Assembly: GCA_045128715.1 (NCBI GenBank)
Contig: JBGVRU010000017.1
Span: 18,909 to 82,908 of the forward strand
DNA: 64,000 bases
DNA from: Acutalibacteraceae bacterium
GTDB lineage: Bacteria; Bacillota; Clostridia; Oscillospirales; Acutalibacteraceae
Direction: 5' to 3'
This document shows positions 1 to 8,522 of the stretch, piece by piece. Below the pieces are notes generated by a model that worked only from the letters and a program-made list of their open reading frames with translations, had not been told where the DNA came from and ran no database searches. Positions within the stretch are counted from its first letter, which is position 1, and each line of letters starts with the position of its first letter. The translations under genes were made by a program, and so were the position numbers.

Positions 1-991
1 TTACGATTACATTATTATATAATTTAGTTGGAGTAAACGAAGCAATAACCTTTTTTCCATCTGTAACCGAAACGGTAGTTTCAGCAGATTCGATATTATA
101 CATAAAAGACGGTTGCGTAGAGGATGGAGCAAAGGCTGTAGCCATACCTGAAGAGCCTACTATTACCGCAACACCTCCGTTAACGGTAGCTGTTCCGCCG
201 TAGTCCAATGAGCCATTGCCATTGTTTGTAGGACCTGATACTAAAAGAATACCGCCCGAAATGGTAATATCACCATTTGAGTCAATACCGTCACCTGAAG
301 CATTAACTAAGATATAACCGTCAGTAAAATTAATCTGTGCATTCGAATCACTTTCAAATGGATTTTGTCCTGGACGACCTCCCATTGAGGAGGAGTCATT
401 ACCGCCTGCAGCATTAAAACCGTCATCCAAAGCAGTAAGATCTATATCGCCACCCGATACGGTTATTGCAGTGGCTTCTATACCTTCGTAGGATTTGGTA
501 ATTTTTAATGTGCCGTTTGAAATAATAAGCTGGTCATCAGCATGAATACCGTCGTCACCTGATGATATATTAAAGCTACCTCCTTTAATTTCAAGGTCAC
601 TGTTTGAATGAATGGCATCGTCAGAAGAATCAATATTAAAATCACCGTTATCTATTTCAATTAAACTAACTGCTTTTAATGCCTTTGCACTGTCATTATC
701 AGTAGAGCTGCTTTGTCCGCCCCACATACCCCAACGATTGCCTTCACTACCGTAATTATTGCTGCTCACTGCAGAGCCGCCGCCTGTTTTGATGTTGAAT
801 TTACCATTCCTTATAAAAAGTGCAGTTTCAGCTTGGATACCGTCATTCTGAGCAGTAATGTCAAAGCTGCCCGATTCTATCAGCACATATCCGCGTGTTC
901 CGTCCTCGGTGTTGGTTGATTTAATACCGTCGGTTCCGGCATTTACAGTAATATCAGAATTAGAAATTTTAACACAATCCTTACTTATCAT
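1..991 (-). CDS. beta-helix-like repeat / carbohydrate-binding-domain protein (type associated with VTC/CotH clusters); partial, runs off the window start and lacks a normal N-terminus
   Basis: Minus-strand frame is open from ATG 991 to position 1. It is absent from the ORF track because it has no stop in the window. My translation reads MISKDCVKISNSDITVNAGTDGIKSTNTEDG...SSGDDGIHADDQL...ASGDGIDSNGDITISGG..., with a periodic DGI(K/Q/H/D)S repeat. No signal peptide follows this start. Confidence 0.6.
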   Translation of the reverse strand, partial: MISKDCVKISNSDITVNAGTDGIKSTNTEDGTRGYVLIESGSFDITAQNDGIQAETALFIRNGKFNIKTGGGSAVSSNNYGSEGNRWGMWGGQSSSTDNDSAKALKAVSLIEIDNGDFNIDSSDDAIHSNSDLEIKGGSFNISSGDDGIHADDQLIISNGTLKITKSYEGIEATAITVSGGDIDLTALDDGFNAAGGNDSSSMGGRPGQNPFESDSNAQINFTDGYILVNASGDGIDSNGDITISGGILLVSGPTNNGNGSLDYGGTATVNGGVAVIVGSSGMATAFAPSSTQPSFMYNIESAETTVSVTDGKKVIASFTPTKLYNNVIV

Positions 992-1394
992 AAATATTTG
1001 TTAAATAATTATAACCGTCTATGTAATCCGTAGCTATTCTTCTTTTGTAAACAACACCTTTAAACTTCTTTTTTATTTCTAAAAAGCAGGTACTCTTGTC
1101 ACTTGGTGTTCCGTAACATCGAAGCCGCAATTTTTCTTTATAAACAGGTTTTTCAATAGATTTCCGTATAATTCTGAAATCAGGTGTATCGAAATAAAGG
1201 TTACAGATATCACTTTCGCCGTATTTATCGGACACGGTATTTAGTGACAGCATATTTAAAGCATCATTATACTGTTCGGTGTTTAGTAAATACTTTTTTT
1301 CATAACGCTTAAAAATATATTGTGCCAAATTATCACCTCGCAAAATGTATTTTAATAGGATTTTTTCGTTAAATTGTGAATATATTTTTAACAA
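981..1394 (-). CDS. VTC (CYTH-like, polyphosphate polymerase) domain protein, C-terminally truncated fragment (137 aa; my recollection is that the family is roughly 230-250 aa)
   Basis: Contains FKRYEKKYLL, NLYFDTPDF, KPVYKEKLRLRCYG and FLEIKKKFKGVVYKRR, which match the N-terminal half of bacterial VTC domain proteins. The ORF stops where the next gene's sequence begins. Confidence 0.6.
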   Translation of the reverse strand: MLKIYSQFNEKILLKYILRGDNLAQYIFKRYEKKYLLNTEQYNDALNMLSLNTVSDKYGESDICNLYFDTPDFRIIRKSIEKPVYKEKLRLRCYGTPSDKSTCFLEIKKKFKGVVYKRRIATDYIDGYNYLTNIYDK

Positions 1395-1448
1395 GTGTGA
1401 TAATATTTTGAAAACTATTGGTAATGTCGTTTTTTGCTGAATTTTGAG

Positions 1449-1477
1449 TTGACATAAAACATTGAGAAATGTATAAT
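1449..1477 (+). promoter_or_regulatory. sigma-A type promoter (TTGACA-17-TATAAT)
   Basis: TTGACA at 1449-1454, a 17-nt spacer, TATAAT at 1472-1477; about 45 nt upstream of the 1523 start. Confidence 0.6.
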
Positions 1478-1522
1478 AAATGTGTATTTATAAAAATCAT
1501 CTTTTAAAGAAAGGGAACATGA

Positions 1523-3280
1523 ATGCACAAACTTAAAAAATCTTTTTCTTTATGTTTAGTGTTGCTTATAACGCTCACTTCAATATTCAACGGTGTTAAT
1601 TTAAATGTTTCGGCTTCTACTGTCACCACTGCTTATATAGAGGGTTCAAATATTAATGTAAGAGTAGCTCCCTCTAAAACAGATACTATTATTGAAAAGA
1701 TTTCATACACAACTGCCACTGTTCTAGAAACGGTAAATGACGGCACCTGGCTAAAAATTACTTATCATAACGGTATTGAGCAAATAACAGGATATATTTT
1801 TTATGATTCATCCTATATCAGAGTGGTAACTTATAATCCTGATGCCGATTTTGAAACCAAGCTGTTGGCTTTTCCAGAAAGCTATCGTGACGCTTTAAGA
1901 GGTCTAAAGGCAATATATAAAAACTGGGAATTTATTCCCGACCCCGTAACCATTACCTTTGCTGAGGCTGTGGCTTTAGAATCGGTTAATATGCGTAAGC
2001 AGGTGAGTTTTAGCTCACAACCTGTATCATGGCGTTCTATGGGTAGCGGTGCTTATGATTGGAATAAAGGTGAATGGGTAGTAACAAACGGCGGCTGGAC
2101 AGGTGCTTCAAGAGAAATTACCGCCTATTATATGGATCCTCGCAATTTTCTTAATACTACAGAAATTTATCAGTTTTTACAGCAGGGTTATGACCCTTCT
2201 TATCAAAATGAAGAGGGTGTTAAAAAGATAATAGCCGGCACTTTTATGGAAGTTAATTACAGCGATCCTAATGATATTGTCTACGGTGGCTCCTATGCCA
2301 AGGTTATTATGGAAGCTGCAAAGCAGGCGGGGGTAAGCCCTTATATATTAGCTTCTAAAATAAGGCAGGAAATCGGTGTTTCGGTTACCAATATGGTATC
2401 GGGTACATACTCCGGTTATGAGGGATATTACAATTTCTTTAATATCGGCGCTTCGGGAGGCGATTCGGGTACTGTTTTGATAAACGGATTGTCGCGTGCT
2501 AAATCAGAGGGATGGGATACACGCTCTAAGGCTATAATAGGCGGTGCGAAGTTTCTTTCTAATAACTATATCTCAAGGGGACAGGACACATATTATTATC
2601 AGGATTTTAATGTTCATAAGCCTAATGAGTTATGGCATCAATATGCTCAGGCAATTCACGATGCAAATTCTAAGGGTAAGCTTATGGCGGATTCTTATAT
2701 AAACGAAACCGATTTTGCACTCACTTTTAAAATACCTGTCTATACTGCAATGCCTGAATCTGTATCTCCGTTGCCGGTTTCTAATTCCAGTAAAAATAAT
2801 TATTATTTTGAAAATATTTCTGTTTCAGGCCTTACACCGTCATTTTCAATTTTTACCTATAATTACGATATGCATATTTCTGGTGACACCACGGTATATG
2901 TAAAGCCTGTAAATGGAGCTTCTTATGTAGGAGAGGGCAGTTACCAAATTAAAAATGGCAATAACACCGTTTCTCTAAAGGTTAAATCCGAAACAGGCTA
3001 TATCACAGATTATGTTTTGAATATTGATTCCTCTGTAGACTGTACTTTAACCGTAAGCTCAGGTACAGCGCCTATCCCCACGGTAAAGCGTGGCGACACA
3101 AACGGTGATGGAGCAATCACTTTAAGTGACCTTGCAAATATAAGACTTCATCTTTTAGGCAAGTTTACCCTGAGCGGTGATAATGCGTATGCAGCTGATA
3201 CAAATAAGGATAATCAGATTACATTAAGCGATTTGGCAAATGTGCGTTTACATTTGTTGGGATTATTTACAATTTCTTAG
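1523..3280 (+). CDS. secreted SH3b + GH73-type N-acetylglucosaminidase (peptidoglycan hydrolase) + cadherin-like beta-sandwich + C-terminal type I dockerin
   Basis: Signal peptide MHKLKKSFSLCLVLLITLTSIF...VSA. SH3b-like segment YIEGSNINVRVAPSK...WLKITY. Glucosaminidase-like segment YAKVIMEAAKQAGVSPYILASKIRQEIG...YYNFFNIGA. Duplicated Ca-binding dockerin DTNGDGAITLSDLANIRLHLLG / DTNKDNQITLSDLANVRLHLLG. Confidence 0.75.
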   Translation: MHKLKKSFSLCLVLLITLTSIFNGVNLNVSASTVTTAYIEGSNINVRVAPSKTDTIIEKISYTTATVLETVNDGTWLKITYHNGIEQITGYIFYDSSYIRVVTYNPDADFETKLLAFPESYRDALRGLKAIYKNWEFIPDPVTITFAEAVALESVNMRKQVSFSSQPVSWRSMGSGAYDWNKGEWVVTNGGWTGASREITAYYMDPRNFLNTTEIYQFLQQGYDPSYQNEEGVKKIIAGTFMEVNYSDPNDIVYGGSYAKVIMEAAKQAGVSPYILASKIRQEIGVSVTNMVSGTYSGYEGYYNFFNIGASGGDSGTVLINGLSRAKSEGWDTRSKAIIGGAKFLSNNYISRGQDTYYYQDFNVHKPNELWHQYAQAIHDANSKGKLMADSYINETDFALTFKIPVYTAMPESVSPLPVSNSSKNNYYFENISVSGLTPSFSIFTYNYDMHISGDTTVYVKPVNGASYVGEGSYQIKNGNNTVSLKVKSETGYITDYVLNIDSSVDCTLTVSSGTAPIPTVKRGDTNGDGAITLSDLANIRLHLLGKFTLSGDNAYAADTNKDNQITLSDLANVRLHLLGLFTIS

Positions 3281-3298
3281 TTAAGGGAGATTAAGTAT

Positions 3299-4843
3299 AT
3301 GAAAAAGATTTTAAAAACTGCTGTTGGATTAATTCTCAGTATTATAACTTTAACTTCTGTTTTAATAATAAATACTTCTGCGGCAGGTACTATTATTTCT
3401 TTCAACAAAAAATCTTTGACAGTTGGCGATACTGTTACCGTTACCGTTACTCTTGATGCCGGTGAAGCAATGTATTCGGCAGGTTGTGTGATAAATTATG
3501 ATAATAACGTAATTAACTATACATCAGGCAATGCTGTAGGTAATGCGGGTTCACTTAAAATTGTTGAGTCACCCTCTGGCGAAACTAAGGTTTCTTATTC
3601 TTTAACCTTTACTGCCGTTGCTGCTGGCAGCTCAGTTATATCTGTGGCGGACTGTAATTACGATACACTTGGTGCTAACGGTGCAGCATCTAAGGGCCTT
3701 TCCGGTGCATCTGCTACTTTAACCGTAAACAATGTCGCACTTTCTTCAAATGCTAATTTAAGCGCATTATCTTTAAGTGCAGGAACTCTTTCACCACGCT
3801 TTTCTGCTTCAAGAACAAGCTATACCGTTGCTGTTAAAAACTCTGTAACCGAATGTAAGATTTATGCTACTGCGGCTGACAGCGGTGCTAAGGTTGAGGT
3901 TAGCGGAGATGCTACACTTAAAATAGGTAAAAACATCCGCACTGTTACCGTTACCGCTCCAAGCGGCGCACAAAAAGTTTACACAATAACAATCAACCGT
4001 AGCGAAACTGATGAAGTGGTATCTTTAGAGGAAACTCCGACAGAGCCCACTGAAAACAAGCTTGAAACTTTAATAGAGGGTGTAACATATACTGTTGCTA
4101 CCGATATTTCCGCTGTGCCATTGTTTAAAGGCTTTACTGCGGCTACTGCACAGTACAACTCTCAGGATGTTGCTGTTGCTACCGATGCATATAATAATTA
4201 TAAGCTTTATTACTTAAAGGCAACCGACAGCGATATACTTGTTCCATTTACTTATGATGAAGAAAATAAGCTTTTCACAAAGCTTCTTTACTTTACTCAG
4301 GGTGAAAACACATATATTTATGCAGATATTCCTGAAGATAAGACCGTTAGCGATGGCTTTTACATAACTTCTGCCACAATCGGCGGAAATGAAGTTAAGT
4401 GCTTTGCAAGTAATGATTCTTCCTCTAGCGACTTCTATTATTTATACTGCTTTATAGACGGACGTTACGGTTTTTACCGTTATGACAGCCGTGAAAACGT
4501 AATTCAGCGTTATCCCGAATTAGAATTAGTAGATGTTGAGTTGGTAACAGATGATGAAAAGTCGGACAATATTTTCGTGCGATTTGCTTCTCTTACCACA
4601 AACGCTAAGCTTATTGTTATATCAATTATTTTGATTGTTATTTTCGCCATTGTGCTTGTTATTTTACTTATAATTAAATTTGTAAAGCGTAAGGGATCGG
4701 ATGTATATGACAATGACCAAGAACTACTTGGCGACAATGCATTCGATAACATTTCTTTCGGTAGCTTTTCAGTGAATGACAATGAAGAGGCTGACAGCGC
4801 CGAATCGGATACCGAAATTGTAAGCGAAGAAGCGGAAAACTAA
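3299..4843 (+). CDS. cell-surface cohesin-like + cadherin-like domain protein with C-terminal transmembrane anchor and acidic tail
   Basis: Signal peptide. Cohesin-like module LTVGDTVTVTVTLDAGEAMYSAGCVINYDNNVINYTSG...FTAVAAGSSVISV. Cadherin-like module NANLSALSLSAGTLSPRFSASRTSYTVAV...YTITINR. TM helix LIVISIILIVIFAIVLVILLII, then a D/E-rich tail. Confidence 0.55.
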   Translation: MKKILKTAVGLILSIITLTSVLIINTSAAGTIISFNKKSLTVGDTVTVTVTLDAGEAMYSAGCVINYDNNVINYTSGNAVGNAGSLKIVESPSGETKVSYSLTFTAVAAGSSVISVADCNYDTLGANGAASKGLSGASATLTVNNVALSSNANLSALSLSAGTLSPRFSASRTSYTVAVKNSVTECKIYATAADSGAKVEVSGDATLKIGKNIRTVTVTAPSGAQKVYTITINRSETDEVVSLEETPTEPTENKLETLIEGVTYTVATDISAVPLFKGFTAATAQYNSQDVAVATDAYNNYKLYYLKATDSDILVPFTYDEENKLFTKLLYFTQGENTYIYADIPEDKTVSDGFYITSATIGGNEVKCFASNDSSSSDFYYLYCFIDGRYGFYRYDSRENVIQRYPELELVDVELVTDDEKSDNIFVRFASLTTNAKLIVISIILIVIFAIVLVILLIIKFVKRKGSDVYDNDQELLGDNAFDNISFGSFSVNDNEEADSAESDTEIVSEEAEN

Positions 4844-4849
4844 AATTTT

Positions 4850-4879
4850 AACCGACTGTGTAAAAGCAGTCGGTTTTTT
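4850..4879 (+). terminator. rho-independent terminator
   Basis: AACCGACTG / CAGTCGGTT stem followed by a T-run, directly after the 4843 stop. Confidence 0.75.
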
Positions 4880-4912
4880 GTAATGAATTGAAAAAAAATT
4901 TCATATTTTTAA

Positions 4913-5188
4913 TTGGTGATAAATTTGAATACTTTAAAAATATTGGGAATTGTTTTAATATCCTTTTCAGCTTTTTTGATACTTATTTTTTCTTTATTGA
5001 GCAAAAAGCCTTTAGCTACTTTGCTTTTTAATAGTTTTATCGGCATAGTTTTGCTTGCAATAATTGACTTAACCTCTGGTTATTCAGGCGTTTATATTCC
5101 TACAAATCTATATACCGTTTTAGGCAGTGGTGTTTTCGGTATACCGGCAATAATCGGGTTTCTGTTGCTAAATATTATTTTTATGTAA
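4913..5188 (+). CDS. bofA: pro-sigma-K processing inhibitor BofA family protein
   Basis: About 90 aa with two TM segments; the C-terminal LGSGVFGIPAIIGFLLL resembles the BofA LLG.PG motif; sporulation genes occur elsewhere in the window. TTG start with a weak RBS. Confidence 0.5.
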   Translation: MVINLNTLKILGIVLISFSAFLILIFSLLSKKPLATLLFNSFIGIVLLAIIDLTSGYSGVYIPTNLYTVLGSGVFGIPAIIGFLLLNIIFM

Positions 5189-5252
5189 TTAATACTCGCA
5201 AAATGCTTTGGTTTATGGTAAAATTAATTTTAGTAAAATCGGTGGTGAAATA

Positions 5253-8200
5253 ATGCTTCAGTTTATTTTAGGCAAACCCTCATCAGGAAAAACCTTTACG
5301 GTAATAAAAAAAATTAAAGATTTAACTAAAATCGGTAAAGAGTCCATTCTAATAGTGCCTGAGCAATTTACCTTTGAAAGTGAGCGTCTTATCCTTAAAG
5401 AATTGGGGGACAAGGCATCTCTTAACGTATCTGTACTTAGCTTCACACGTCTTTATGATGAGGTGGGCAGAAATGTAGGTGGAATTGCAGGCACTGTGTT
5501 GGAGGATGCTGATAAGGTTATTTTTATGAGTCGAGCTTTAAATATTTTAAAGGACGAGCTTAAGCTGTGGCGAAGATATGTATCTTCGGTAAGTTTTGCT
5601 AAAACAATGCTTGATACGGTTGGTGAATTTAAAATAAATGCTTTCGGCTGTGACGATTTACTAGAAGCCGCGGAGGAAATCAAAAACCCTCCGCTTGCGG
5701 CCAAGCTACAAGAAATAGCATTAATTTACCGTCAGTACGATATGTTTGTTGGCGAAAAATTTATTGACACTGCTGACTGCCTTACAAAGCTTTACAATAC
5801 TCTTGGTAACTATAATTTTTTTGAAGGAAAAACTGTTTTTCTTGATTCTTTTAAAGGGTTTACCGGTCAGCAGTTTAAGATTATTGAAAGAATTATCAGT
5901 CAAGCAGAGAATGTTTACATAAGCCTCACAGATGATGTGTATAACAATAAACAGTTTGGTGTTTATACAAATATACGCATTGCTGCCGAGCGTATTAAAA
6001 AATTCGCTGTTTCTTGCGGTAAAACTGTGGCAGAACCAATAATTTTAAACAAAACTTTCTATAAAGCAACTGCTCTTAAAGGCCTCGAAAATTTAATGTC
6101 GAGTGGAAAATGTGTTGATTTTACCGATGATGGCAGTGTTATTATACGAAAATCAACCGATATTTATGATGAGGCGGAGGCAGCAGCACGCACTATAAGA
6201 AGACTAGTTCGCACAAAGGGCTATCGCTACCGTGATTTTGTTATAATTGCCCGTGATGCCGATAGCTGTAATGAGGCTGTTGCAAATGCCTGCAAACGCA
6301 ATGATATAAGCTGTTTTTATGATAACCGTCTTCCATTATCAGCTTTTCCGCTCTCGGTTGCAGTAGAAGCGGCTATAGCTGCTATAAAGCTTAATTCGGC
6401 AGATATATTGCGTTTCAATAAAACGGGACTTGGCTACCTTATGCCTGAAGAAATTTCCTTTTTGGAAAATTATGTTTATTTGTGGAATATAGAGGGGGAG
6501 GATTGGCTAAAAGTATGGGATATGGATCCCAGAGGCTTTACTACTAATCCTATTAACCAAATAGAATTTACGGAAAAATTAGAAAAGCTTAATAAATTAA
6601 GAGGACTGGCTATCAAGCCAATATTAAATTTTAAAAAACACTTTGGTACTAATGCAAAAATAATGGTTGAGGCTATTTTTACTTTATTCGATGAATGCGA
6701 TTTTACAACTAAGCTATCCAATATTTCGGATAAATTGGATAACGATGCTTCGGATTTCTCATTAGAGGTGATGAAATCTGCTTATGACCAGTACATTAGT
6801 ATTCTCAGCAGTATGGTGCGTTGCTACGGCGAAATGAATATTACTACTGCTGTCTTTACTGAAGGCTTGAGCCTTGCGGTTTCATTAGCCAGCGTTGGTG
6901 TTATTCCGCAAATGCTTGATCAGGTCACCTTTGGCTCAGCTGACAGAATTCGCCCGTCGCGACCTAAAATTGCCTTTATAATCGGTGCTAATCAGGGCAT
7001 TTTTCCGCAATTTACCTCGAATAACGGTCTATTTAATATTATAGAACGTCGTAATCTTATTAGTGCTGGTCTTAATATTGCGGATAATTCTGTTTATTCC
7101 TCTGTTGATGAAGAATATCTTGTTTACTGTAATGTTTGCTGCCCATCCGACAGGTTGTACATTTCTTTCAGCGAGCAAACTGTTTCGGGCGAAAGCTTAG
7201 AGCCATCTGCCTTTGTAAGAAATGCTTTGGACAAGCTTTGCCTTAATTTGGTATCAGATACACTGGAAGAGCTAAACGAGTTTAACGCCCCTCAGACTGA
7301 GGCTGCTGCATTTACCGATTATTGCCGCAATAAGCTGAGATCTCCCATTACCGCTTTAACTATTGCTTATGCTTTGGAAGCTACGGAAACAGGTGAGAAG
7401 ATAAACCATTTAAAAGATGTTACTGGAACAATCAAAAAATGTTTAGCTTCCGATACTGCTAAGAAATTATACGGCAGTAACATTAGTATGTCTGCTACAA
7501 AGTTTGATACTTATAATCGCTGTAAGTTTTCGTTCTTTTGCCGTTACGGTTTAGGTGCCCAAAAATTGCTTCCTGCTGAGTTTAACGTTATGCAAAGAGG
7601 TACTGTAGTTCACTTTGTTTTGGAGCGACTTATATCTGAACATGGGGACAATATTTCTGAGCTTACAAATGATGAGCTTGATATATTAACCGAAAAATAC
7701 ATCAATATGTATCTTGACAGTGTTAATGGTTATCGTAGCACTGAAAATGCAAAAAGCAGATTTTTAGTTTCAAGAATATCACGTTCTTTAAAGGAGGTAA
7801 TTCACCATATTGCGGCTGAGCTTAGTCAAAGCAAATTTAAGCCTAAAGCCTGTGAACTCGGAATAGGTACCGAAAATGCTGATATAAATGTTAGGTTTCC
7901 GTTTGACGAAGGTAATATTTCATTGATAGGTAGCATCGACCGTGTGGACGAATATAATGGATTCATACGTATAATTGACTACAAGACAGGCTCTAAAAGC
8001 TTCAAGCTTCCCGATATACTGTTCGGTCTAAATATGCAAATGCTTATTTATCTTTATGCTGTTATCAGGGGCAACGGCATTGATGACGATAATGCTGCAG
8101 GAATTTTGTATCAGCCGTCTCGACGTGATATTAATGATAATGGTATGGCAATGAACGGTCTGTTACCCTCCGTTCCAGAGCTGTTTTTTGCAATGGATAA

Positions 8201-8522
8201 AAAGGGCGAGGGTGAGTTTGTACCGAAACTTTCCTTCAATAAGGACGGTACGGTTTCCAAAAGGAGCAATTCTTTTATTGAAAAAGAGGGCTTTACAGAA
8301 ATTTTTGATTATATAGAGCTTTTGATGAAAAATACAGGTAATAGAATTATAGGAGGCGATATTGCTATTTCTCCTACCGATGGCAGGGAATCGCCTGCAT
8401 GTAAATACTGTGATTTCAGTTCGGTATGCGGTTTTGAAAACAATACCCCTGAAAAAGTGCCCGAGCTTAATAATGATAAGGTATTTGAAAAAATAAAGGA
8501 GGCAAAGATAAATGGCATTTAA
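5253..8522 (+). CDS. addB: helicase-exonuclease AddAB, subunit AddB
   Basis: N-terminal Walker A GKPSSGKT. C-terminal PD-(D/E)XK nuclease with an Fe-S cysteine cluster (CKFSFFC ... CKYCDFSSVCGF). Immediately upstream of and overlapping addA. Start placed at ATG 5253, downstream of RBS GGTGGTGA. Confidence 0.85.
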   Translation: MLQFILGKPSSGKTFTVIKKIKDLTKIGKESILIVPEQFTFESERLILKELGDKASLNVSVLSFTRLYDEVGRNVGGIAGTVLEDADKVIFMSRALNILKDELKLWRRYVSSVSFAKTMLDTVGEFKINAFGCDDLLEAAEEIKNPPLAAKLQEIALIYRQYDMFVGEKFIDTADCLTKLYNTLGNYNFFEGKTVFLDSFKGFTGQQFKIIERIISQAENVYISLTDDVYNNKQFGVYTNIRIAAERIKKFAVSCGKTVAEPIILNKTFYKATALKGLENLMSSGKCVDFTDDGSVIIRKSTDIYDEAEAAARTIRRLVRTKGYRYRDFVIIARDADSCNEAVANACKRNDISCFYDNRLPLSAFPLSVAVEAAIAAIKLNSADILRFNKTGLGYLMPEEISFLENYVYLWNIEGEDWLKVWDMDPRGFTTNPINQIEFTEKLEKLNKLRGLAIKPILNFKKHFGTNAKIMVEAIFTLFDECDFTTKLSNISDKLDNDASDFSLEVMKSAYDQYISILSSMVRCYGEMNITTAVFTEGLSLAVSLASVGVIPQMLDQVTFGSADRIRPSRPKIAFIIGANQGIFPQFTSNNGLFNIIERRNLISAGLNIADNSVYSSVDEEYLVYCNVCCPSDRLYISFSEQTVSGESLEPSAFVRNALDKLCLNLVSDTLEELNEFNAPQTEAAAFTDYCRNKLRSPITALTIAYALEATETGEKINHLKDVTGTIKKCLASDTAKKLYGSNISMSATKFDTYNRCKFSFFCRYGLGAQKLLPAEFNVMQRGTVVHFVLERLISEHGDNISELTNDELDILTEKYINMYLDSVNGYRSTENAKSRFLVSRISRSLKEVIHHIAAELSQSKFKPKACELGIGTENADINVRFPFDEGNISLIGSIDRVDEYNGFIRIIDYKTGSKSFKLPDILFGLNMQMLIYLYAVIRGNGIDDDNAAGILYQPSRRDINDNGMAMNGLLPSVPELFFAMDKKGEGEFVPKLSFNKDGTVSKRSNSFIEKEGFTEIFDYIELLMKNTGNRIIGGDIAISPTDGRESPACKYCDFSSVCGFENNTPEKVPELNNDKVFEKIKEAKINGI

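Noticed and set aside
713-919. Track ORF 713-919 (+)
   Set aside because: It is antisense to the long open beta-helix repeat frame, and its composition-driven translation has no features.
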